Source: Nitrospirota bacterium
Lineage (GTDB): Bacteria > Nitrospirota > UBA9217
Assembly (NCBI GenBank): GCA_963740085.1
Contig: CAVUCU010000005.1
Location: forward strand, 320,001 to 384,000
Reading direction: 5' to 3'
Length of the DNA stretch: 64,000 nt
The notes beneath the pieces are model-generated. The model had not been told where the DNA came from. It did no database searches and was given only the letters and a program-made list of their open reading frames with translations. A program made the translations under genes and the position numbers. Shown here piece after piece: positions 9,198 through 18,243 of this stretch. Each line of letters starts with the position of its first letter. Position 1 is the first letter of the stretch.

Positions 9198-10285
9198 ACG
9201 ATCCCCCATTCCCTGAGCTTGAAAACGGCCATCAGAAGCAACGATATGCTCGCAGCGCCGATGTAGAGCGGGATGCTGATCTTAAGTTCTTTTCTGACCC
9301 CTGACATGCCCGTAAAGGTCGTCGAGCCTGTGAACTGGAGGGCGAGGTAGGAGCTCAGCGCGGGAAACAGGAGATAGGCGACGCTCAACAGCAACGGGTC
9401 CCGTGCCGTCCCGACAGGCCTGAAAAAATGTAAGGAAAGAAACACCGACAGCACTCCCACGATCCAGCCTTTTATCGCGAAGGAGCGGAACGGGACAAAG
9501 GGCAGCAACACCGGGGTCACGAGCGCGCCGGCGAACACCGCGAGCAGTGCCAGAAAAAGGAACGGCAGTCCGCCAAACCACGCCTGTTTGAACAGAAGAC
9601 CCTGCGGCTCAAGTCCGAAGATCAAAAGAATACCGCCTGCCAGCCAGGGGAACTTTTTCATGGCAGGATTGATCTCCATGGGCGTCAGGACCAGCCGGTC
9701 GAGCAGCGAGAACCTGATGGTCCCCATCTCTTTTGTTTTTTTATAGCCCGCCCGAACGAATGCAGGGATGTCCCGTGCCTGCACCGGGCCGAAGGTGACC
9801 CGAAATCCGGTTTTCTTCTGGACCAGGCTTGCATTCACGCCCACGGCCCCGAGCTGAGGCAGGATGATCCTTCGGTGGCTCACCACCGCGTCGAGCTTTG
9901 CTTCGGTAATACGCTTGATCAACTCGTCGGCGCCGAACGTGCCTTTGCCTGCCGCGCACCAGACGTTGATGCTCCTGGTGTCCAGAACAAGGACCCAGGC
10001 GTTCATGCCCTTGAGTTCACGGCGGAGAAGATCGAAGGTCAGTTTATAGTTCGCGGTGACGAAGACATCGGAATCCCGAGAGGGCCCGCCGACCGCGTAC
10101 AGCCCCGGCATGACCGCATACTTCATGCGATAGGCGCCGGTCCTGCTTTTGATCATACCCCGGAAGTCTTCTCGGGTCCAGTCGGTCGATACCGTGAACA
10201 CGGAACCCGCCGGGGTCGCAAGCGTGCCCGTGGTCCAGTACGGCGCCTCCTTTTTCACGAACTTCAATGTCTGCATAGTCTGCAT
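9194..10285 (-). CDS. hgcA: Mercury methylation corrinoid protein HgcA
   Basis: Cap-helix motif 'NVWCAAGKG', 'VTANYKLTFD', 'ILPQLGAVGV'; multi-TM C-terminus with 'FTGSTTFTGMSGVRKE'; directly upstream of hgcB. Confidence 0.95.
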   Translation of the reverse strand: MQTMQTLKFVKKEAPYWTTGTLATPAGSVFTVSTDWTREDFRGMIKSRTGAYRMKYAVMPGLYAVGGPSRDSDVFVTANYKLTFDLLRRELKGMNAWVLVLDTRSINVWCAAGKGTFGADELIKRITEAKLDAVVSHRRIILPQLGAVGVNASLVQKKTGFRVTFGPVQARDIPAFVRAGYKKTKEMGTIRFSLLDRLVLTPMEINPAMKKFPWLAGGILLIFGLEPQGLLFKQAWFGGLPFLFLALLAVFAGALVTPVLLPFVPFRSFAIKGWIVGVLSVFLSLHFFRPVGTARDPLLLSVAYLLFPALSSYLALQFTGSTTFTGMSGVRKELKISIPLYIGAASISLLLMAVFKLREWGIV

Positions 10286-10306
10286 AAAAAATCGCCTCGC
10301 TTTATT

Positions 10307-10400
10307 CTAACCCGGACAAGCCGGAAACAGAAGTTATTTTCGCGCAAAGCCGCAATGGCCTATGAAAGAAAAGCGGCCACTTAGCGAATCACGCAAAGGA
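10307..10400. repeat. Family A terminal motif (reverse) and partial arm
   Basis: ctaacccggacaagccggaaac ... tcgcgcaaagccgcaa. Confidence 0.6.
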
Positions 10401-10422
10401 AATCTTATAAGACCGGGGAACA

Positions 10423-10932
10423 TCATGGCTTTTTGCGCAGCATGGCGAGCGCCTGTTTATCGGCAAGCACCACTGACGTCTCCGTCTGCCGTTCGGGAAT
10501 ATTCCAGTATTTCCTGAGCAGTCGCTCCTTGTTTTCGTACGACACCAGCGTGAATCCATGTTGTGCATAGAACCTGATAGCCCAGGTCGCCGCCTGCCAG
10601 GTACCGACAAGCATCGGTCGTGTGGCGATCGTCTTGAGGTGAGAGATCAACCTGCGGCCGATGCCCCTGTTGCGGCGTTTCGTTCTCACGTACGCGTGCC
10701 TGATGAGCGTCACGTCCTGCACGTCCTGAATTCCCATGACGCCGAGGAGTTCACCGTGCTCCTCATAACCCCAGAACACGATGCCGGAGTCCAATTCATG
10801 ACGGAGATAGTCCTGCGACATGTACGGCTCGTGCCATTGGTCATCCGGGATCACGCCCTTGTATGCCCGCGCCGCGTCGTTGATGATCTCCAAGATCGCG
10901 TCAAAATCGTTATTTGTGCAAAGACGGATCAT
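10423..10932 (-). CDS. GNAT family N-acetyltransferase
   Basis: 'RNRGIG' acetyl-CoA motif A and 'AIRFY..HGF'. Confidence 0.85.
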   Translation of the reverse strand: MIRLCTNNDFDAILEIINDAARAYKGVIPDDQWHEPYMSQDYLRHELDSGIVFWGYEEHGELLGVMGIQDVQDVTLIRHAYVRTKRRNRGIGRRLISHLKTIATRPMLVGTWQAATWAIRFYAQHGFTLVSYENKERLLRKYWNIPERQTETSVVLADKQALAMLRKKP

Positions 10933-10976
10933 ATTTTTTTCAGCACCAAAGGATGTAGGGGTATCTGAGACTCAGC

Positions 10977-12437
10977 TCAGAAATCCAGCGGGCTCTTCGT
11001 TTCTTTAATGGTTTTGCTCGGGACACAGTGGGTATAGATCATCGTCGTGCGCACATCCGCATGCCCGAGCAGCGTCTGGATGGTGCGAATATCGTAGTTC
11101 GCCTGTAAGAGATGTGTCGCAAAACTATGGCGGAACGTGTGGGAGGTGACGCGCTTCGTGAGTTTGGCCCGTCTGACCGCCGCATACAGCGCCTCCTGGA
11201 CAGCGGTTTCATGCAGATGATACCGCCGAAGTTCCTTTGTCTCCGCGAGGTAGGTCAACGCCTCCTGCGGGAAGAACCACTGCCAGATGAAGTCCTTCGA
11301 AGCGTTCCGGTATTTCTTATCCAAAGAGTCGTCAAGAAACACTCCCGCATAGCCCGCTATCAGGTCTTCATCATGAACGCTTTTCACCGCTTCTATCTGC
11401 ACCAGCAATTCCTGCATAAGCGTCTGCGGAATGGGCACGGTACGGACCTTGTTGCCCTTCCCGCGAATGGTAAGTACCCCGTCGTCGAAGTTGAAATCCA
11501 GCACCCGCAGCTTCACACCCTCGAAGAGCCGCAAACCGCAGCCGTACAGGAGCTTCACCAGAAGCTGGTGCGGATGGCCCAGGTGCTTCAGCACAGCATC
11601 GATCTCGTCGCGCGAAAGGACGATCGGGATATAGTTCGATTTTTTCGCGCGCGGAGTGTCCTTGTGATCGCCGAAATCCTTCTTCAGAATATGCCGGAAG
11701 AGAAAGAGCACCGCATTGAACGCCTGGTTCTGCGTTGATGCCGAGACCTTGCATTTTACCGCGAGATAGGTGAGATACGCCTTCACGTCCACTGCCGACA
11801 AATCGATTGGCGGTTTGTTCTTCAAATAGCTTTGGAACTTGCGGATCCAATCAGCATACGTTTTGAACGTTTTCCGGGAATAATGCCGCGTCGTGATCTC
11901 GGCCTCCAGCTTGTTAATGACCGCGTCCCATTCCGGGGAGCCGGACTTTTCCAGACACCGCCACTCGTTGTACTGCTTGCCGCTCCTTTGACCGGACCCC
12001 TTGTTTGCACTCTCTCCCTCAGTAAGTGGGGCCGGGGTCAGGGTGGGTTTTTTCGCTGAGATCTTTTGAGAAGGATGGGTTATAGCCGGGTTATTTACAC
12101 GTTCTAATTTCCTTTGCATCGGACCCGAGGAAGAGACCGTCGCCATCGTCCCGGCAACAGACGCTACAGCCTGCTTCTTCCGGGGCTGCATGGCGAAAAA
12201 GAGCGAGAGGGCATGCGCCGCCTGCTCGAGTTTCTTTTGCGACTGGTTCTTTGACCTCAGCTTTTCGATAAACAGGCGCACCTGTTCTGAACGGGAATCC
12301 GGAGGAGGATATTTAACGCGAAAATCCAAGTAATACATGAGCCATTTGCGGTAATCAGGCCATGAAGCAGGCGGGACAGCCTTCTGTTCCATAATAGCGT
12401 CAAAGGGTTTAAGAATGTTCTCCGGGATGGGAAGCAT
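10977..12437 (-). CDS. intI: Integron integrase (tyrosine recombinase) with N-terminal extension
   Basis: 'STQNQAFNAVLFL', 'LLYGCGLR', IntI-specific insert 'LDKKYRNASKDFIWQWFFP...RRYHLHE', 'HTFRHSFATHLL', 'LLGHADVRTTMIYTH'; GGAGG RBS before ATG 12437. Confidence 0.93.
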   Translation of the reverse strand: MLPIPENILKPFDAIMEQKAVPPASWPDYRKWLMYYLDFRVKYPPPDSRSEQVRLFIEKLRSKNQSQKKLEQAAHALSLFFAMQPRKKQAVASVAGTMATVSSSGPMQRKLERVNNPAITHPSQKISAKKPTLTPAPLTEGESANKGSGQRSGKQYNEWRCLEKSGSPEWDAVINKLEAEITTRHYSRKTFKTYADWIRKFQSYLKNKPPIDLSAVDVKAYLTYLAVKCKVSASTQNQAFNAVLFLFRHILKKDFGDHKDTPRAKKSNYIPIVLSRDEIDAVLKHLGHPHQLLVKLLYGCGLRLFEGVKLRVLDFNFDDGVLTIRGKGNKVRTVPIPQTLMQELLVQIEAVKSVHDEDLIAGYAGVFLDDSLDKKYRNASKDFIWQWFFPQEALTYLAETKELRRYHLHETAVQEALYAAVRRAKLTKRVTSHTFRHSFATHLLQANYDIRTIQTLLGHADVRTTMIYTHCVPSKTIKETKSPLDF

Positions 12438-12524
12438 AAGATCAATCCTCCGTTGAATATGCATTTTGCATATTGGTCCGACGAAGTTTTATTTTCCGTT
12501 TCTTGCATATTAGTCAGCAACTGA

Positions 12525-12553
12525 ATTGTAATGAAATCCGCCGGTTACGTCAA
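12525..12553 (-). promoter_or_regulatory. Sigma70-type PintI promoter
   Basis: Minus strand TTGACG (12553-12548), 17 bp, TACAAT (12530-12525), upstream of intI. Confidence 0.7.
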
Positions 12554-12570
12554 GTATTTTTCAAATTATC

Positions 12571-12600
12571 TTGACCAATTCATATTAGTTATGCTACCGT
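12571..12600 (+). promoter_or_regulatory. Candidate cassette promoter Pc
   Basis: TTGACC, 18 bp, TACCGT with an extended TGn, immediately upstream of attI. Confidence 0.45.
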
Positions 12601-12629
12601 AGCCCGTCCCTATAATATCTTGTTGGAAC
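12601..12629 (+). other. attI site (crossover G|TT at 12622/12623)
   Basis: GTTGGAAC core after 'TATAATATCTT'; exactly complementary to the GTTCCAAC inverse core of the first attC (13165-13172). Confidence 0.7.
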
Positions 12630-12706
12630 TGTCCAACGAGCAGTTCGAGCCCGACAAGCGGCTCAACACTTTGAAGTCAAACAAGAAGCATGATGAGGGA
12701 CACGTT

Positions 12707-13126
12707 ATGCCAGTACCTCCAGAATATCAACGTGCATCGCAAGATTTCTATAAGTTCCTTGAGGATGCGAAGGATACTTCTGGTTTGACAACCACACATC
12801 AGGTCTATACGATGGCCCAAGGCGTACTGCAAGTCTTTCGTCGCCGCCTTGATGTCAAGGATGCAATCCTCTTTGCTAATGTGCTGCCGCCGGTGTTGCG
12901 CGCCATCTTCGTGGCCGATTGGGATACGGATGAGGACAAACGCCCGTTCGAGGATCGCGCTATCATGACGAAGGAAGTTCAGTCTCTACGAGCCGATCAC
13001 AACTTCGCACCTGAGTCTTCTATTCGCGATGTCGCCATTGCTCTAAGGCAAAACGTAGATGAAGCCGCACTCGATAGCGTCCTTGCTAAGCTTCCAGATG
13101 GTGCTGTGCAATTCTGGCATCCATAG
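12707..13126 (+). CDS. Cassette 1: DUF2267-like protein
   Basis: 'GVLQVFRRRLDVKDAILFANVLPPVLRAIFVADWD' resembles DUF2267; GAGG RBS before ATG 12707. Confidence 0.65.
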   Translation: MPVPPEYQRASQDFYKFLEDAKDTSGLTTTHQVYTMAQGVLQVFRRRLDVKDAILFANVLPPVLRAIFVADWDTDEDKRPFEDRAIMTKEVQSLRADHNFAPESSIRDVAIALRQNVDEAALDSVLAKLPDGAVQFWHP

Positions 13127-13165
13127 CATATCTGATAGACCCAAGAAGTCAGACAGCAAACAACG

Positions 13166-13223
13166 TTCCAACCAGCCGGTCGAGAGGGGCACGCTATCGC
13201 GGCCCCTCACCGGCGCGTTAATT
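13166..13223 (+). other. attC site 1
   Basis: TTCCAAC, 5 nt, GGTCGAGAGGGGC...GCCCCTCACC, 5 nt, GTTAATT; 58-bp imperfect palindrome. Confidence 0.85.
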
Positions 13224-13230
13224 CAGTACT

Positions 13231-14094
13231 ATGAGCACGACTACTCGCAAACCAAGCACAAAAAATCACTGGATACCTGTTGGATTTATGAAAGGATTTT
13301 CCATCGGTTTCCCAAAGACCCTATTCGAAGATGGTAGAGATCATCTGATATATTTGGGAATTAAGGGCGACTGTAATATCAAGAAGGAAAAGGCTGAGTC
13401 TCATTTTTTTAAAAACAACCTGTATTCCACATTTTATGCAGATGGAACTCATGACGATAAGATTGAGAAGATTCTAGCAGAACATGACGATCATTTATTA
13501 CAGATGTCTCGTTATTTATATAGTTACTTCTTTGATGAAGGCTATAAGGAAAAACTAGGCTTAACAGAAACTGTAAAGGCAAATCTTATCGAGTTCATGA
13601 AGATTGGTTATAAACGTTCTTACCCTTTTCTTAAGTCTTTAAAAGATAAAGTTGATAAGGCATTTCCTAACGAAAGTGAAAAACAAAAGAAGAATTTTGT
13701 TATTCACTTGTTCTGCCAATTTGGAGAGGGACAGCACAAAGGGATTCCATCAGTTGACGATGTGTTATCAAAAAAGGGGACAATTATATTTATTATTAGA
13801 TCAAACAAAAAAAGATTCATTATGTCAGACAATTTATTTTACCAATTGCAGCAAGATGGTTTAGCAAATAAGGACAACGAGTTTTGCTTCCCGTTAAATG
13901 AAAAAATATTCATCTTAAAAACAGCACATCTTAGCGGCAAACAGTATAAGATTCAAGAACTTTATGATAAGGATATAGATACTATACGTTATATTAACGA
14001 GCGAACTGTAGTTACTGCACATAGTAAATTGGCGGGTTCTAATAAACTGCTATTGCAGTCATTATGCCGAGGAGCGTCATGGAAGACTCGATAA
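13231..14094 (+). CDS. Cassette 2: DUF4238-like protein
   Basis: N-terminal 'NHWIPVGFMKGFS', 'NNLY', 'FIMSDN', 'FPLN' pattern; conspicuously AT-rich. Confidence 0.65.
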   Translation: MSTTTRKPSTKNHWIPVGFMKGFSIGFPKTLFEDGRDHLIYLGIKGDCNIKKEKAESHFFKNNLYSTFYADGTHDDKIEKILAEHDDHLLQMSRYLYSYFFDEGYKEKLGLTETVKANLIEFMKIGYKRSYPFLKSLKDKVDKAFPNESEKQKKNFVIHLFCQFGEGQHKGIPSVDDVLSKKGTIIFIIRSNKKRFIMSDNLFYQLQQDGLANKDNEFCFPLNEKIFILKTAHLSGKQYKIQELYDKDIDTIRYINERTVVTAHSKLAGSNKLLLQSLCRGASWKTR

Positions 14095-14105
14095 CAACCC
14101 AGTTG

Positions 14106-14136
14106 GTAGGTCGGGTAGACCGCAGTGAAACCCGAC
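14106..14136. repeat. GTAG-type REP-like palindrome
   Basis: GTAG-GTCGGGT...ACCCGAC hairpin. Confidence 0.6.
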
Positions 14137-14141
14137 GATGA

Positions 14142-14202
14142 TTCTAACGAGGCGGGTCCACAGCGACGCGCCAAAAAGCGGCGCGTGACCCGCTGGTTGG
14201 TC
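14142..14202 (+). other. attC site 2
   Basis: TTCTAAC...GCGGGTCCAC...CGCGCC loop GGCGCG-TGACCCGC...GTTGGTC; 61 bp. Confidence 0.8.
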
Positions 14203-14227
14203 TGATGAGAGGGCGACAAAAATCGAT

Positions 14228-14700
14228 ATGCAAACACTAACCTTTAAAAATGATCCAAACCGCTTCGATGAGGTGAAAAAGGCCCAGCTCAAGAAATGGG
14301 TACCCATCCCATACTAATCGTGGCCTTCGGTGTGGGCATGTATATCGCAGTGAGTTCTAAGAATAACTCCGCCGATTTTTTAATCGCTACGGCACCGTTC
14401 ACAGTCATCTTTGCTTTCATTATTGTCAGCATTAGATCGTTTAGTATAATTTCAAGACATAAACGCCGATATGAATCTTACCGCCTGATGATCGATGATA
14501 ACGCCATTATCCGAGAACAGATGGGCTCCCCGGTCGTCAGGTTATTAATAAGCGATATCCTGCGGATCGAGAAAGATAGGTATGGACGCTTCACTATCAG
14601 GGGAAAGAACTACAGCGATGTGATTGATGTTGCTGAACAAGTCGAGAATTACAATGAACTGGAAGGCATCCTTCAGCGGATTAAACCTTTCAATGTCTAG
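14228..14700 (+). pseudogene. Cassette 3: two-TM membrane protein, frameshifted
   Basis: The ATG 14228 frame stops after VPIPY; removing one copy of CCCATCCCAT (14303-14312) fuses it in frame with ORF 14296-14700. Confidence 0.65.
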
Positions 14701-14876
14701 GCGTCGGCGGCCCCTCTGATCTGGTGTGGTCGCATTTTCGCGATATCCGCGATATTAAACGCTTGGCAAGTATTTGGAATGCTCTGGCACCTTCACATTG
14801 GCTCATTCTCTACCAACACAGTAACCGTCATAAAGAATGGCTGCCGAATAAACGCGATGAATTCGCGAGAGCCATA

Positions 14877-14949
14877 GGTTCACGCACCATAGAAACGTTT
14901 CGCGCAAGAACGGGGGCAAGAGACGTTGCATTTCTATGCGCCGTTAAAT
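14877..14949 (+). other. Degenerate attC-like site
   Basis: CATAGAAA...TTTCTATG stem followed by a GTTAAAT core; left box not canonical. Confidence 0.4.
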
Positions 14950-15002
14950 CATAATATTACAGTCCCCCCCGGATCGAGCAGGTGAAAAAAACCGCCCCGC
15001 AC

Positions 15003-15052
15003 ATGATAAATTTAGGCTTGCAAACAGCCCCATAATCAGTTAAATTTATCAT
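15003..15052 (+). promoter_or_regulatory. hicBA promoter with 12-bp inverted-repeat operator
   Basis: ATGATAAATTTA (15003-15014) / TAAATTTATCAT (15041-15052) flanking TTGCAA, 17 bp, TAAATT. Confidence 0.7.
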
Positions 15053-15057
15053 CAGAG

Positions 15058-15267
15058 GTGCTTAAAATGAAGATAGATATTGAGAAAGAAGAAGACGGGC
15101 GTTGGATTGCCGAAGTATCCGATCTCCCTGGCGTCTTAACTTATGGAAAAACGCGTGAAGATGCCATCGCCAAAGTTGAAGCTCTTGCTCTGCGAGTGAT
15201 TGCGGATCGGATAGATCATGGTGAGACCATTCCGGAACTCGATGAACTTTTCGCGGTCACTGCATGA
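15058..15267 (+). CDS. hicB: HicB-family antitoxin (short)
   Basis: 'EEDGRWIAEVSDLPGVLTYGKTREDA'. Confidence 0.85.
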   Translation: MLKMKIDIEKEEDGRWIAEVSDLPGVLTYGKTREDAIAKVEALALRVIADRIDHGETIPELDELFAVTA

Positions 15268-15479
15268 GTCAATGGCCTTCCGCGAAAGCCCGCTTGGTTC
15301 TTGCCGCACTCCTTCATATCGGCTGGTCTGTCAAACGAGAGACCGCCGGTTCCCACCGCATTCTTTCACGGCCCGGATGGCCTGATTATGTCTTCGCCTT
15401 TCATGATGGTACTGAAATAGGACCGCGTATGCTTGCTCGCATTGCGAAGAAGACGGGTCTCCAGCCTGCCGATTTATAG
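15264..15479 (+). CDS. hicA: HicA-family mRNA interferase toxin
   Basis: 'GWSVKRETAGSHRILSRPG...FHDGTEIGPRMLARIAK'; ATGA overlap with hicB. Confidence 0.85.
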   Translation: MSQWPSAKARLVLAALLHIGWSVKRETAGSHRILSRPGWPDYVFAFHDGTEIGPRMLARIAKKTGLQPADL

Positions 15480-15493
15480 AATAACCGAATTAT

Positions 15494-15549
15494 TCCCAAC
15501 TTGTCGTTCCACGCCGACCGCTTCGCGGCGTGTGAACTCGTCGTTAAGG
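15494..15549 (+). other. attC site
   Basis: TCCCAAC, 5 nt, GTTCCACGCCG...CGGCGTGTGAAC, 5 nt, GTTAAGG; 56 bp. Confidence 0.85.
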
Positions 15550-15560
15550 CGTTCAAAAAC

Positions 15561-16878
<1,318 letters not shown>

Positions 16879-16991
16879 CTGGTGCATAGAACTAAAGAAA
16901 AGGCCGACCATGGAATGGAGAAGGTTCTCCCGCGCTGCGCTTTGCTCCGTTCCGGAAACCTCTCAATCCAGACGTGATGCGAGAAAAACCC

Positions 16992-17441
16992 ATGGACATT
17001 TTTTTAGAGGCCGCCATTGAGGAGGCGAAAAAGGGGATGGCCGAAGGGGGCATTCCTATCGGATCGGTGCTCGTTATTGACGGCCGAATAGTCGGGCGCG
17101 GTCATAACCAGCGCGTGCAAAAAGGAAGCGCGGTATTGCACGCGGAAATGGCTTGTTTGGAAAATGCAGGGCGCATTCAAGCGGCGGATTATCGTCGGGC
17201 AACCTTGTACTCAACGCTGTCTCCCTGCGATATGTGCAGCGGCGCGGTGCTCCTCTATGGGATCCCGAAGGTGGTTATTGGAGAGAACCGTACCTTTTGC
17301 GGGCCGGAAGCATATGTAAGGTCGCGAGGCGTGGACGTGGTGATCATCGACAACCAGGAATGTCGTCAGCTTATGTTGACGTTCATTAAAAATAATACAG
17401 CCCTGTGGAATGAAGATATTGGCGTGGAGAATACCGCATGA
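16992..17441 (+). CDS. Nucleoside/cytosine deaminase
   Basis: HAE and SPCxxC zinc motifs; 'LWNEDIG' C-terminus. Confidence 0.88.
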   Translation: MDIFLEAAIEEAKKGMAEGGIPIGSVLVIDGRIVGRGHNQRVQKGSAVLHAEMACLENAGRIQAADYRRATLYSTLSPCDMCSGAVLLYGIPKVVIGENRTFCGPEAYVRSRGVDVVIIDNQECRQLMLTFIKNNTALWNEDIGVENTA

Positions 17442-17517
17442 CAGATCGCACCTTTGAACGCCATCCTGCTGCGCTCCCCGGCAGCGGGGGCGCCTGGTCG
17501 CGTGAGAAAGGATCACT

Positions 17518-18162
17518 ATGACGCTGTCGAATCCTCTGATCGTCGTCGCAATTCTTTTTGCCCTTCTCGGCCTTATCTTTCTTATCATGACCATTGCAGC
17601 CCTGAAGAAGAAAAAGGTATTCGGCACGGCCATGAACTTCGTGATCGCGTTGCTGATGATCTCCCTGGCCGCCCTGTTCGGCACCCTCATCGTTGCTATT
17701 CAGGGGTATCACGCATTGACCAGAGAGGAACTTGCGGCGATCGTGAACGTTGAGCCGATTGGTGAAAAGAAGTTCATTGCCCGGTTTTCTTTGCCGGATG
17801 GCGGCGAAAAAGCATTCTCTCTGTCCGGTGATCAGCTTTATATTGACGCCCACATTCTCAAATGGAAACCGCTTGCAAACATATTCGGGCTGCACACCTC
17901 CTATGAACTCGATCGCGTGGCGGGCCGCTATGCGATCCTCAACGATGAAACGACAAAGGTCCATACGGTTTATTCGTTGTCCAGGGACAGACCCCTTGAC
18001 CTGTTCGATCTTCGGCGCAGGTTTGCGATCCTTAATCCCCTGCTTGATGCCGAGTATGGGTCCGCTACATTCATGAACATGAACAGCGCGGAAGAATTCC
18101 GGGTAATGGTTTCTACAACAGGACTGCTGATCAGAAAGACCGAAAAGGGAACCGGGCAGTAG
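17518..18162 (+). CDS. Hypothetical membrane protein (2 TM)
   Basis: Two N-terminal hydrophobic helices; RBS AAAGGA. Confidence 0.65.
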   Translation: MTLSNPLIVVAILFALLGLIFLIMTIAALKKKKVFGTAMNFVIALLMISLAALFGTLIVAIQGYHALTREELAAIVNVEPIGEKKFIARFSLPDGGEKAFSLSGDQLYIDAHILKWKPLANIFGLHTSYELDRVAGRYAILNDETTKVHTVYSLSRDRPLDLFDLRRRFAILNPLLDAEYGSATFMNMNSAEEFRVMVSTTGLLIRKTEKGTGQ

Positions 18163-18243
18163 CCGGCACGGGCCAGGCAGTTTTTGCAAGTCGGGTAGAA
18201 CAGCGTAAAGACCGGACAAGTGTTATCCAACCTGACAGGCCCG

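Larger units (their letters stand above)
10977..15549. mobile_element. Integron: intI, attI and cassette array (possibly extending to ~17.5 kb)
   Basis: intI divergent from an array of co-oriented ORFs separated by attC-type imperfect palindromes. Confidence 0.9.

Noticed and set aside
9194-10285. CdhE/AcsC subunit of acetyl-CoA synthase
   Set aside because: The Cys cap helix, TM C-terminus and coupled HgcB identify HgcA; no other acs genes are nearby.
10286-10310. Selenocysteine-containing N-terminal extension of HgcA
   Set aside because: The upstream frame meets a TAG within seven codons, with no in-frame TGA or Cys, and an RBS precedes ATG 10285.
8904-10932. hgcAB or the GNAT gene as integron cassettes
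   Set aside because: They lie on the far side of intI from attI, and no attC-like sites were found around them.
12620-12706. N-terminal extension of the first cassette ORF from TTG 12620
   Set aside because: It spans attI and the attC-like hairpin; ATG 12707 has a proper RBS.
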